Of a stretch of DNA of 64,000 bases, positions 50,361 through 60,388 are shown in pieces. The stretch's first letter is position 1. Every line of letters starts with the position of its first letter. Position numbers and translations under genes: made by a program. The notes beneath the pieces were generated by a model that saw only the letters and a program-made list of their open reading frames with translations, had not been told where the DNA came from and did no database searches. This DNA is from an uncultured archaeon. GTDB taxonomy: Archaea; Thermoproteota; Nitrososphaeria; Nitrososphaerales; Gagatemarchaeaceae. The stretch is taken from assembly GCA_963799775.1 (NCBI GenBank), contig CAWCYD010000003.1, positions 1,760,001 to 1,824,000 on the forward strand, written 5' to 3'.

Positions 50361-51380
50361 TTGTCCGAGATTATCACGGTCAACGACCTCGTCGAGGTCT
50401 ATGCCGACGGGACCAAGGCCGTGGACGGGATATCCTTCGTCGTCAAGGAGGGAGAGTTCTTCGGCTTTCTGGGGCCGAACGGCGCCGGCAAGAGCACCAC
50501 AATCAAGATCCTGACGACCTTGCTGAGGAAGACCTCAGGGACCGTTTCAGTTGCGGGCTTCGACTTGGACAAGGACCCCAAGCAGATCAGGAAGCTCATC
50601 GGCGTCCAGAGCCAGGAAACCTCTGTGGACCCCGAACTGACCGGCAGGGAGAACATGACTCTGGAGGGAAACCTGCAACAGATGCACGGCAAGGAACTTG
50701 AGGAAAGGGTCGACTATCTTCTAGAGGTCGTCGGGCTGAAGGATGCAGCCGACAAGCGCGCCGGCCGCTATTCCGGCGGAATGAAGAAGAGACTGGACCT
50801 CGCCTCCACCCTGGTCCACAAGCCCAAAGTGCTCTTCCTAGACGAGCCGACCACTGGCCTCGACCCGCAGTCGCGCGCGACGGTGTGGGACTATCTCGAG
50901 AAGCTCAACAAGGAGGAAGGCATCACGATTTTCCTTACTACGCAATACCTGGAGGAGGCGGACAGGCTGTGCCAGCGTCTGTGCATCGTGGACGCGGGCA
51001 AGATTGTGGCCGAAGGGTCGCCGCTCGGCCTCAAGAAGGAGATAGGCGCCGACGCGATCACCATCACCATGGAGAACACGACCGGTGCCGGCGACAGGGC
51101 CGCTACCAAGGCCGCGGCCAAGGCGCTCCTCTCGAAGATACCCGAAGTGATGAACGTGGTCGACTCGGAGGAGGGCCTCACCCTCTACGTGAAAAACGGC
51201 GGGCTCTTCGTCCCCGAACTTGTCAGGGCCTTCGACAAGACCGACATCCAGCTCGTGTCCATCAACATCTCCACCCCCAGCCTGGACGACGTCTTCCTGA
51301 AGCACACCGGCAAGAGGATACGGACAGAAGAGCTTGTGAAAGAGGTCAGCAGCGGAAGGTTCGGGGGCAGAAGGAGATAG
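50361..51380 (+). CDS. ABC-2 exporter ATPase (DrrA-like)
   Basis: GPNGAGKST, YSGGM, LDEPT. Confidence 0.93.
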   Translation: MSEIITVNDLVEVYADGTKAVDGISFVVKEGEFFGFLGPNGAGKSTTIKILTTLLRKTSGTVSVAGFDLDKDPKQIRKLIGVQSQETSVDPELTGRENMTLEGNLQQMHGKELEERVDYLLEVVGLKDAADKRAGRYSGGMKKRLDLASTLVHKPKVLFLDEPTTGLDPQSRATVWDYLEKLNKEEGITIFLTTQYLEEADRLCQRLCIVDAGKIVAEGSPLGLKKEIGADAITITMENTTGAGDRAATKAAAKALLSKIPEVMNVVDSEEGLTLYVKNGGLFVPELVRAFDKTDIQLVSINISTPSLDDVFLKHTGKRIRTEELVKEVSSGRFGGRRR

Positions 51381-51386
51381 AGCGAC

Positions 51387-52161
51387 ATGACAATCCTCTT
51401 CGACACGAGAAACCTCTTCGTGAGAGCGCTGAAGAAGCTCGTGCGCAACCCCATACTCATATTCTTCTCCCTATTCCAACCAATCATCTTCCTCGTCCTC
51501 TTCACGCAGCTGTTCCACTCGCTCAACCTGCTCCCCGGTTTCCCCAAGGGCGTCAGCTACCTCGAGTACGCGTCAGCCGGGATACTGATGCAGAACGCGT
51601 TCAGCAGCGCTCTCCAATCAGGCACGTCCATCGTAGATGGACCTCAACTCAGGATTCCTGCAGAAGATGCTGGTCACCCAGGTGAGCCGGCCGGCGATAC
51701 TGCTCGGGAGGCTCGCGACGGACGCGTTTCGTGTCACTGTCCAGTCGGTCATCATACTCGCGCTCGCATACATCCTCGGGTTCAGGCTGGCTTCGGGAGT
51801 CCCCGGCGTGCTGCTCATCCTCTTCATCATCGCATTCTTCGGGCTGGCGTGGTCGGGCATCTCGCTCGCCCTCGGCCTGAGGACCAAGAGCGCGGAGACC
51901 GTGTTCGGGATAGGGGCCTTCATGACCTTCCCCCTGCTCTTCATGAGCACTGCGCTGGTCCCCTTGGGCTTCATGCCGTCGTGGATGCAGGACGTCTCCC
52001 AGGTCAACCCGATCAGCTACGCGGTCAACGCGGTCAGGGACCTTTCAATCCCAGGCTTCTTCTCTCTGAGCGCAGAGCTCGGCGCCCTGGCATTCATCGC
52101 GGGTATAGCCGTGGTGACCATCGGCATAACCCTCTACCTCTTCAGAAAGGTAGTTAGCTAA
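51387..52161 (+). CDS. ABC-2 permease (frameshift near 51638)
   Basis: Multi-TM, VNPISYAVNAVR. Confidence 0.88.
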
Positions 52162-52183
52162 GGGGAATGGAGCCAACCGAACC

Positions 52184-53131
52184 TTGACGAACCCCTCGAT
52201 TGAGGCAGTGAACCTCTCAAAGGTGTACGGCTCGTTCACAGCCCTGTCGAACCTCAACCTCAAGATCGAGGGCGCGAAGTGCGTGGGATTCCTGGGCCCG
52301 AACGGCGCCGGCAAGACGACCACGCTCAAGATATTCACCGACCTCATCAGAGCCTCTTCCGGGGAGGCACTGATCAACGGCTTCAACGTCCACTCGCACA
52401 AGAAGGCCGCCCTGGCGTCAGTGGGCACAGTGATCGAGACCCCCGAGATATACCCATCTCTGACACCGAGAGAAGCCCTCGGAATGGTGGCGGAGCTGCG
52501 AGGGGTACCGCACGCGGAGCGAAGAAAACGGATAGAGGAGGTCGTCACGGAGGTAGCAATGGAGGAATGGATCGACAAAAGGGTCGGCAAGTTCTCGAAA
52601 GGAATGAAGCAGAGGATTGACGTCGCCTCCGCGCTCTTGAACGACCCGAAGATAGTATTGCTGGACGAGCCCACCACAGGCCTGGACCCGAGAGGGATGA
52701 GCGAAGTCAGGGGCATAGTGAAGTCCTTGAAGAACAAGGACCGGCTGATTTTCATGAGCTCCCACATCCTCAGCGAAGTCTCGGACGTGTGCGACGAGGT
52801 CGCCATGATAGACCACGGGAAGCTGCTGGTCTACGACACAATCCAGAATGTCACAGCGAAGTTCTCCGGCGGAGAGAACATAGTCGATGTAGGGCTCACG
52901 CGCCCGTTGCAAGCCGGCGTGATCGACGGGTCGGTGGCCAAACTCCCTGGCGTGGTCTCGGTAGAGAGGCTGGACGACAAGCGAATGAGGATCCATTGCA
53001 GCGGCGGCCTTGACGTCCAGGAGAAAATCCTCGCTGAACTCGTCGCAATCAACATCGGAGTATCCAGCTTCACGCCCACCTCTTCCGCGCTCGAGGAATC
53101 GTATCTCAATCTAATCAAGGACACACTGTGA
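52184..53131 (+). CDS. ABC transporter ATPase
   Basis: GPNGAGKTT, FSKGM, LDEPT, SSH. Confidence 0.93.
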   Translation: MTNPSIEAVNLSKVYGSFTALSNLNLKIEGAKCVGFLGPNGAGKTTTLKIFTDLIRASSGEALINGFNVHSHKKAALASVGTVIETPEIYPSLTPREALGMVAELRGVPHAERRKRIEEVVTEVAMEEWIDKRVGKFSKGMKQRIDVASALLNDPKIVLLDEPTTGLDPRGMSEVRGIVKSLKNKDRLIFMSSHILSEVSDVCDEVAMIDHGKLLVYDTIQNVTAKFSGGENIVDVGLTRPLQAGVIDGSVAKLPGVVSVERLDDKRMRIHCSGGLDVQEKILAELVAINIGVSSFTPTSSALEESYLNLIKDTL

Positions 53132-53136
53132 GAACC

Positions 53137-54003
53137 ATGGCCCAATCTACTACCTCCGGGAACAAGGTCCCGAACAGCATAACTCAGGTGAGAATCACCA
53201 TGCGGTACACCCTCCTGGATTACTTCAGGTCTCGAAGGTTCGCGATACTCCTCGGCATCATGCTTCTCATAAGCCTAATCCTCACCGTAGTCGTGGCTCA
53301 CTACAGGCCGGCAAGCTTCGTCAGCGACGGGGTGCTCTCGTTCTACTCGGGATGGTGGGGGATGTCGGCGACGTTCGTCGTGATCCTCTCTGGAATCTTC
53401 TTCGGCGGGGACGCCATCTCTGGCGAGTTCCAGAACAAGACCGGGTACTTCACACTGCCGAACCCCATACGAAGGTCTAGCGTATACATCGGGAAATGGA
53501 TCTCCGCGTTCTTAGCCGCCTCGATAGTCCTCTTCATCTTCGCGGGGATAACAGTGGTTAACGAAGCCTACTACTTCGGGCTGAACATCCCCTGGCAGTT
53601 CGCCGAGTCGTTCCTGTTCGCATGGTTCTACCTTATCGCCGTCCTTGGGTTCACCTTCTTCTTCAGTTCTCTTTTCAAAAGCACCTCCTACTCAATCCTA
53701 GTGACCGCAATACTCTTCCTCTTCGCGTTCACGCTCATAGAGACCCTCGTCGCCGCCCTCGCCCAAATCGAGCCGTGGTTCATCCTGACCTACGGGTCCG
53801 AAATAATCGGTAACGTGCTCGCTTCGCCCTACCCCGCACACATCACGACAATATCGGGCGCGTTCGGACGCGGCGGCGCTGCTGCACCAAAATTCACCAC
53901 CTTCAACGTCACCGTCCCGGAAGGCCTCGTGATAATCGCCGCCTATTTCATAGTCACCGCCATCTTGGGCCTAGTCCTCTTTGAAAGGAAAGAGTTCAAC
54001 TGA
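53137..54003 (+). CDS. ABC-2 permease
   Basis: DAISGEF..KTG...PIRR, multi-TM. Confidence 0.88.
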   Translation: MAQSTTSGNKVPNSITQVRITMRYTLLDYFRSRRFAILLGIMLLISLILTVVVAHYRPASFVSDGVLSFYSGWWGMSATFVVILSGIFFGGDAISGEFQNKTGYFTLPNPIRRSSVYIGKWISAFLAASIVLFIFAGITVVNEAYYFGLNIPWQFAESFLFAWFYLIAVLGFTFFFSSLFKSTSYSILVTAILFLFAFTLIETLVAALAQIEPWFILTYGSEIIGNVLASPYPAHITTISGAFGRGGAAAPKFTTFNVTVPEGLVIIAAYFIVTAILGLVLFERKEFN

Positions 54004-54066
54004 AGACAGCGCGAATCAGGCCTTAGGCGGTTCGCCCGATTTTTCCAGCGCGAGCTTCCGCCGCTT

Positions 54067-54288
54067 CTAACCTTGTTGCATTGCAGCGGGGCTCTTGGCC
54101 TTCTTCGAGACTGCCCCGAAAGCGACCATCGCGATTCCTACCACCGCCAGGAGGGCGCCCAAGTAGATGAATGTCGAGTTGTTGTCCATCAGGCTACTCC
54201 CACCCATGATTCCGGCCCCTTGTGACGCCCACCCAATCCCGATGAGCAAGAGTATCACTCCGATGACGATTGGAATCGCCCTTCTCAT
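54067..54288 (-). CDS. Small two-TM protein
   Basis: W..QG.G..GGS.M motif between two TMs. Confidence 0.7.
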   Translation of the reverse strand: MRRAIPIVIGVILLLIGIGWASQGAGIMGGSSLMDNNSTFIYLGALLAVVGIAMVAFGAVSKKAKSPAAMQQG

Positions 54289-54396
54289 TTCGCCATCATC
54301 TCTTGGTCCACGCGCAGATATTTTAGGGGTTGCTCGGGAGCTGAACGTCTCAACAGGCCTGCTTGGTAGCACCACCCCCCCGGCCGGTCGAATGAA

Positions 54397-54484
54397 TGGT
54401 GCGGGAGGTGGGATTCGAACCCACGAACCCCTAAGGGACGAGGTCCTGAGCCTCGCGCCGTTGACCAGGCTGGGCGACTCCCGC
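54397..54484 (-). tRNA. tRNA-Leu(CAG), intronless, CCA encoded
   Basis: Full cloverleaf with long variable arm. Confidence 0.96.
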
Positions 54485-54556
54485 GCAGAGAGAGGCGCCG
54501 CGCGAACAACGACTTAACCTAATCGGAGCGAACCAGACAAAATACGGGGATGGGCC

Positions 54557-54952
54557 TCAAAGCCCCCAGCTCACTATCTTGGTCGGGGTCACGACAAGGA
54601 TCGGAGACTCTCCCTCTCCCCAAGGATTCTTCCTGTAGGTCTCGAACCTGTCGAAGAGAATCTTGAGCAGTCGAAGATACTCCGGCCCCTTCTCATACGT
54701 CCGACACGTGCCTTCCACCACCACCGCCTTGTTAGGATGGAATTGATCTACGACCAACCCCACTTGCGGATTCTCCTTCACGTTCTTGAGCTTCTTCGTC
54801 CCATAATCCGTCGCTATCACGAAGCTCGTCTTGTCCATCGCATAGATGACGGGTGTAACCTGGGGCCTTGCGTCCTTGGAGGCCGTCGCAAACCGGCAGA
54901 CCTCGTTGGCCCGCAAGAACTTCTCTTCTTTGGCGGTGAACTTTCTGACCAT
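54557..54952 (-). CDS. Pyridoxamine 5'-phosphate oxidase-like (possibly F420-dependent) protein
   Basis: FAT....PQVTPV, K.KNVKENPQV. Confidence 0.85.
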   Translation of the reverse strand: MVRKFTAKEEKFLRANEVCRFATASKDARPQVTPVIYAMDKTSFVIATDYGTKKLKNVKENPQVGLVVDQFHPNKAVVVEGTCRTYEKGPEYLRLLKILFDRFETYRKNPWGEGESPILVVTPTKIVSWGL

Positions 54953-55069
54953 AATATCCTCGGACCGAGCTCAGGTCTCCTTTACGCGTTTCCAAGATGG
55001 AAATCCGAGCAAGACGGCCTCCAGCGCTTCAGAACGGATAAAATGCTGTGGCTTGGGTGGTGCGCTGGC

Positions 55070-55146
55070 GCCGCGATAGCTCAGCCTGGTAGAGCGTTAC
55101 CTTGGTAAGGTAAAGGTCGCGTGTTCAATTCCCGCTCGCGGCTCCA
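55070..55146 (+). tRNA. tRNA-Thr(GGT), intronless, CCA encoded
   Basis: Cloverleaf, TTACC-TTGGTAA-GGTAA; one T-stem mismatch. Confidence 0.92.
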
Positions 55147-55152
55147 ATCCTA

Positions 55153-56136
55153 TCAAGACGCCATCGAAGATTTTCGGATTTTTCTCTTGATTGTTTGAAT
55201 CTTGACGTAGACGTCGAAATCCTCGAGAACCCTGTTTCGAATCTCAGGAGCGGGTAACCCTTTCGCAATCAAGGCTTGTACCACTTCTTCAAGCCAATCG
55301 GGCCAAGTCGGCCCTTGAAACGTTCTCGCGCCCACCATTTTCTCCAACAACTTTCTTCGGTAGGTAAGGACAGCCGGACTGAAGATTTGAATTTTCGCGG
55401 CCGTCGGTGCATCTACGGCTACATAGCCGTAGCCACGGGAGAACCTGATTACGCTCTTGACGCCCAAGGACACGAAAATTCTATGAAAGAAATGCGTATT
55501 CGGAGAGCTTGTTATCTCGATTAACTTGTTCCTCAGATTCACACTCCCATCCGAATCTGCGATTCCCCTCAAGAACCAGAGGCGGAACACTACTGGCGCG
55601 TCAAGCAACCAGTCCATCTTCACTGGATGCAACGTCGTCCTCTCATCCCAGTTCATGCCAAGAGCTGCCACATGTAGCCAACCTACAACAGGAGAGAAGG
55701 TAGACTTCCAAAAGAAGGACCCGTTAGGATTGCTTTTCAAAACAGGTCTGTCTTTGTAGCGCTTGAACCATATACCAATCATCCTAACGCACTCTGCTAC
55801 GTGCTCTCCGAGGTCCAGATTTTCGGGATGCTTCTTGGTGAGTTGCATAGCAATCCTCGCGGAGAGTCTTCGCTCATTCCCGTAGTCCTTGCCAAAATCA
55901 CCCACGCACCAACCCAGCAAGTAATACATTGAGGCAAGGAATCGATCACGGTCGACAACCGCGACTCCAGTGAGGCACTCGACTACCTTTAGCATTACGG
56001 AATCGAATTGCTTATGCGAGGCGGCACGCCCGGGAACAATTACCGACTTTGTGCGCTTCCGGTCGAGGTATAGACGGAAAAACTCGATTTCAGCGGACGA
56101 TTCCGCCGTAGGCTCTTCTTGAACAGAAACGAGCAC
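55153..56136 (-). CDS. Free-standing two-motif LAGLIDADG protein
   Basis: YLLGWCVGDFG and FLRGIADSDGSV; possible C-terminal HTH. Confidence 0.8.
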   Translation of the reverse strand: MLVSVQEEPTAESSAEIEFFRLYLDRKRTKSVIVPGRAASHKQFDSVMLKVVECLTGVAVVDRDRFLASMYYLLGWCVGDFGKDYGNERRLSARIAMQLTKKHPENLDLGEHVAECVRMIGIWFKRYKDRPVLKSNPNGSFFWKSTFSPVVGWLHVAALGMNWDERTTLHPVKMDWLLDAPVVFRLWFLRGIADSDGSVNLRNKLIEITSSPNTHFFHRIFVSLGVKSVIRFSRGYGYVAVDAPTAAKIQIFSPAVLTYRRKLLEKMVGARTFQGPTWPDWLEEVVQALIAKGLPAPEIRNRVLEDFDVYVKIQTIKRKIRKSSMAS

Positions 56137-56446
56137 AAGCTAGTATACTCATTTTACATTTAAGCGCCACCCGACTTGAAGAAAAAAGTACCGGGGGCGG
56201 ATTTAACGCTTCAGATTAGGTTACCTATCAGAAACGGATGGTCGTGATAATTATGCTATCGGCAGGAGATCAGAATACAAAGACCGGGCACAAGAATTCC
56301 TAGTGAGAATCTCAGCACTAATGCTGCTCGGAATAACACTTCGGATAGACTTTCGTCGATTCTCAAGGTTAGTAGTATGAACGCCAACTACGTAGAGTGA
56401 GTTCATCCCGGATATATTGACCGCAATGGACACCCAGGATTAGACG

Positions 56447-57643
56447 ATGCAGTTCTCAAATCTGCGAGGTATCAGCTCAAGGCCAAAGAGCGTCCGGTTA
56501 GGTTCTGCTCTCATGTTGGGCTTACTATTCTTTATGGCTTTCTCCAGAATTTCACCCGTCCTCGGGTCAACCATTTCGACCTCTTGCTCAACTAGGATTT
56601 TGCACGCCGGTGTTCTCAGCGCGACCGCCAACGTGAATCAAGCACTCGCCAACCAGACTGCCGCGCCAGTTGTTGCAACCTACACCACCTCTGAGAGTCT
56701 CACTTTTGACAGTGTGTTTTACTACCTGCACTGGAGTCCTAACTGTTCTGTCTCCATACAGAACGTCATCGTAGCCTATTACATGAAGACATCAAATGGC
56801 ACGATAAGTGTGCTTGAAATGTTCGAGAATCCGTCCCTAACAACTGTCATTCAAACGTCGATTCTACCTTGGATTGTTCATTCAGCCCCCGATTATGTAG
56901 GTTACGAGTACTACGAGGCACATGGGTTCCTGTTCAATCTTGCTGATTGGGCCGTGCCCTCTCTTGCCGGTCCGGGATATTCCAATGACAGTACTAATCT
57001 TTGTAACGATTCGTATTATAACAGTGAATGTGATTTCAGCTTCTGGGTGGGGCAAACGGCCAGCCATGCAGATAGTTACATTGCCCAGGCCGGAGCAGAT
57101 TCTTACTGCACAGGCACTTGCAGTTCCTCCTCCTACTCCTATGACGACTGGTGGGAATTCTACATTCAGAGTGACGCTCCTTACTATGGGACTTTTGGGT
57201 CTTGTAGTGCTGGTTCAGGCAATAGTGTCAGCGCGGAAGTCGATGACCTGTCGATGCAAAAATACAGCGCATCGATATACAATTACGCCGACTCAACGAT
57301 TTGCGACAATAACTCTCCTTCCAACTTCAGCATGGGCACAGCACACTATTCCGATTTTGTCGGAGAGACACCGCCTGGGACCGCAGGATATGATGCCTTG
57401 CCTGACTTCAACACGCTTTCAGTGTCCGGTGCCGAGTATGAGGATACGTCTAGCAACCTCTACTATGCCAGCAGTAGTTGGAGCTACCTCGATCTCTTGA
57501 CGTTCCCGTATACACCATCCACTACTTGTCAAGGAAGCAGCTACGACTGGAATGTTTGCCCAAGCGTGCCAAATAGCTCAACCGGCGACTTCACAGAGAA
57601 CTGGGTGACAGACTATGGCTATTCGGATTACGATGAGCGATGA
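56447..57643 (+). CDS. Secreted glutamic peptidase family G1-like protein
   Basis: Signal peptide; SFWVG, IAQAG, WWEFY, DFVGETP, LPDF. Confidence 0.7.
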   Translation: MQFSNLRGISSRPKSVRLGSALMLGLLFFMAFSRISPVLGSTISTSCSTRILHAGVLSATANVNQALANQTAAPVVATYTTSESLTFDSVFYYLHWSPNCSVSIQNVIVAYYMKTSNGTISVLEMFENPSLTTVIQTSILPWIVHSAPDYVGYEYYEAHGFLFNLADWAVPSLAGPGYSNDSTNLCNDSYYNSECDFSFWVGQTASHADSYIAQAGADSYCTGTCSSSSYSYDDWWEFYIQSDAPYYGTFGSCSAGSGNSVSAEVDDLSMQKYSASIYNYADSTICDNNSPSNFSMGTAHYSDFVGETPPGTAGYDALPDFNTLSVSGAEYEDTSSNLYYASSSWSYLDLLTFPYTPSTTCQGSSYDWNVCPSVPNSSTGDFTENWVTDYGYSDYDER

Positions 57644-58618
57644 GTGGCCGAGCCAAGCATTATAGCAAAATCTCAAAGACCTTAGAGCCCCTTTGTCGTG
57701 GTATTGCGATGTCACGTGACATCCGATGGATTTCATTGAGCGCGATTGCCGTGACTGTTATCTTGTTGCTAGCTGCGTTTGTGATTATTCACCCAATCAC
57801 AAATGACACGTCTACACGGTCTGCTAACTCATCTGTCGTCTCGGATGGGACAACCAGCGGCATCGTCGCCGCGGCTAGCACTGTCACAACAACCGCAACT
57901 AGGTTTAGCAACTTCACAACCACAGTGACTACGACAAGTACTTTTAGAACAACGAGGGTGGTCACGCCTCCTGGGGGAAACGGTACTCTCGTCTCAACTC
58001 TGAGTCCGAATGGAATCATGCTCTTAGCTGCTGTGAATGCTAGCAGTCTGACAGTTGGGCAATCTCTACAGTTCAATGTCTCCCTATTCAACACCCTCTC
58101 AACGGTGAACAGCACCCCCGTTTCTCACAATTGGCTGTTTCAGGGTATCCCAATTGCTCTGTGGGGTAACTGTGCCGTGAATGCCGGAGCGCCGGCTCCG
58201 GTTGAGGTCGATGTCTTCCAGGGGTACTATGCCCTACAGAACCTGTCCTCCGCGACGAAGAATGTCTTCGTTCCATCCAGCCAAGGCTGCCATGAATCGA
58301 CGAGCGTTAGCCAGGTAACATTCTGGCCCGCAAGCTCACTTGCAAACCTAACCTTGGTCGTCAACCAGAAAAACGTAACCTCGGGGCCACGTGAAATCAC
58401 AGATCAGTACACCACTCGAGGCTATTGGAACCTCACTTACAATATGACTCCCAACGACAGGAATCCCGAGGTTCACTGCTTTCATAACCTATGGAAGCGA
58501 AGCTGAAGGATTCGCGCCCACGCCGATTGCCTTTGTTCCTGGGACCTACACTTTGGCGGTTTCAGACGAGTGGGGCCTGGGGGTGTTACTGCATTTCTAC
58601 GTGGAACCTGATGGTTGA
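57640..58618 (+). CDS. Secreted protein, paralog of 417-1868 (frameshift near 58470)
   Basis: VGQSLQFNVSLFN, NWLFQGIPIALW; shifted frame ends PGTYTLAVSDEWGLGVLLHFYV. Confidence 0.8.
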
Positions 58619-58773
58619 CGCGCCTAGAATTGGAAACTGCCCGCTATATAGATCTGTGGGATTCCAGCAAAAATCCACTCCTAGTAGATGTCTTCTCCTG
58701 CTCCTCCATTGTTGGACATTACCCCACTTGTCATTCCATCCTTAAAATGGTCGGCAGCTATGATAATAAAAAG

Positions 58774-58925
58774 TACCGGGGGCGGGATTCTCATGCCAGT
58801 GCATTTCGAGCCCGCGACCTTCGGGGATATCGCTATCCTCTCCGGATTTCACATCTTGGCCGATTATGAGTCTCGCCCACGCATGGGCGTAGCCGGCGCA
58901 ATGGGCCAAGCTATGCTACCCCGGC
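58774..58925 (-). tRNA. Elongator tRNA-Met(CAT) with four BHB introns (30/31, 37/38, 45/46, 59/60)
   Basis: Removing 58872-58892, 58848-58864, 58819-58839 and 58788-58804 leaves a 76-nt cloverleaf. Confidence 0.9.
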
Positions 58926-59051
58926 GACTTTCACGGTCCGAAGTAAGTATGTAATCTTTCCGTGGCGCTGCGAGATTTCTATGCGACTCTCCGTTCTCGG
59001 TCGCCACCCAGAATGCTTTTCTACACCAGCCCCGCGCGGCAGGTTCGGACA

Positions 59052-59183
59052 ATGCAGATTCCGGTGCTGGACGTCACCAGCTACTATGGCTTCCTGAGCG
59101 GGCTGATGATCACGCTCTTCATAGTCAGCCTGATAATCATCTTCGTCTACGAGTACGAAGTGCTCCGCCGACCAAAGACCTGA
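59052..59183 (+). CDS. Small single-TM protein
   Basis: 43-aa hydrophobic ORF with host-like codons and basic tail. Confidence 0.55.
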   Translation: MQIPVLDVTSYYGFLSGLMITLFIVSLIIIFVYEYEVLRRPKT

Positions 59184-59202
59184 GCTTTCCGCGATAACCC
59201 TT

Positions 59203-60378
59203 CTACGGCAGCCGCTCTATCTTTGTGGAGCGCCCGAGCTCAAGCGTCTCCGCTCCCATCTTCGAGAGTTGGACAGAAGCCCCATGGACCCGGAGCTTCT
59301 CCCCCGCCTTGATGTCGGCGATGATCTTCGACGTCTCGTCCCAAGCGACCGCCGTGATCTCTCCCGTGTCATCACCAAACACGACCTCACCCTTCTTGGC
59401 AAGCGACCCGTCCTTCAAGTTGACCTCTCGCACGCTCCCCTTTGAGAGGGCCATCACCTCGAGGTCGACGCTGCCCGAGGGGTGTTTCTCCACCTCCGCT
59501 ATCTTGACGAGCCGAGGCTTCTGCTCGGTGGCACCTTCGATTGTGTGGATCACCGTCGCACTGTCCCCGTGCAGCTCCGCCTGGTCCTGCCTCCCCTTCT
59601 TCTGCCTCAGGTTCGTCACCCGGATTTTGGCCCCAGGCTTCACGTCAGGCAGGTCGACGGCGTCCCAGACGACCACCCTCGTCGTCTTGTCGCGAGGGCC
59701 CTTTAGCTCGAACTGGGTGAGAGACCCCTGCGAGCCGTCGTCACGACGGACGAAAGTCGACCGCCTGGTCTCCATGACGACCAGCCCGTCCACTGCGAGG
59801 ACGATTTCTCCGTCCTCGATGTCATCCGGGTTCTTAGCCAACGAAGAGAGCGAGACCATCTTCGACGAGATGGCCGAGTCTGTGATGAGCTCAATCCTGC
59901 CCCGTTTCCCTAGGTTGAGGGCGGGCTTGCCGTCCAGACCCTGCTTGACGTACGCGCTCACAATCCGCACCGGCATGTCGACCGTCATCCCCGAGAGCTT
60001 GATCGCCTCCTCGTTGTCTTCCCAGATTGTGAGCCTGGCGATTCCGTTGGCGTCGAAGAGGTTCACCCTTCTGTAGTGCCCCACGCCGCTGCCATCCTTC
60101 TTCTTGAACTCCGCGACAGGGTAGATCGCCAGGATTCGAGCAATCACCGTGGTGTCGTTTGCGCCGACGTGAAGGTCCTTCAGTGTCAGGTCGGAGCTCA
60201 CCATGTGCTGGAGCTTCACCCCGAGCTCTCCGGCCACCAGGAAGAGGGCGCCCTGGTCCGTCAGGTACCCCGAGCCCACAGTCCGCTTCTTCTCCTGGAT
60301 CTGTTGCATCAACGAATCCCTGTCGATGTCAGGCCTGCTCCGCAGCACCTCGGCAATCAGACCTTCGAAATCGAGCAT
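59203..60378 (-). CDS. rpa: Replication protein A (three OB folds)
   Basis: GYLTDQGALFLVAGELGV N-domain, repeated D.TG...W OB motifs. Confidence 0.88.
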   Translation of the reverse strand: MLDFEGLIAEVLRSRPDIDRDSLMQQIQEKKRTVGSGYLTDQGALFLVAGELGVKLQHMVSSDLTLKDLHVGANDTTVIARILAIYPVAEFKKKDGSGVGHYRRVNLFDANGIARLTIWEDNEEAIKLSGMTVDMPVRIVSAYVKQGLDGKPALNLGKRGRIELITDSAISSKMVSLSSLAKNPDDIEDGEIVLAVDGLVVMETRRSTFVRRDDGSQGSLTQFELKGPRDKTTRVVVWDAVDLPDVKPGAKIRVTNLRQKKGRQDQAELHGDSATVIHTIEGATEQKPRLVKIAEVEKHPSGSVDLEVMALSKGSVREVNLKDGSLAKKGEVVFGDDTGEITAVAWDETSKIIADIKAGEKLRVHGASVQLSKMGAETLELGRSTKIERLP

Positions 60379-60388
60379 CCCTGGGCAC

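Larger units (their letters stand above)
56183..58785. mobile_element. 2.6-kb integrase-less island bounded by tRNA-Met 3'-end duplication
   Basis: AAAAAGTACCGGGGGCGG at 56183-56200 and 58768-58785; AT-richer cargo. Confidence 0.75.
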
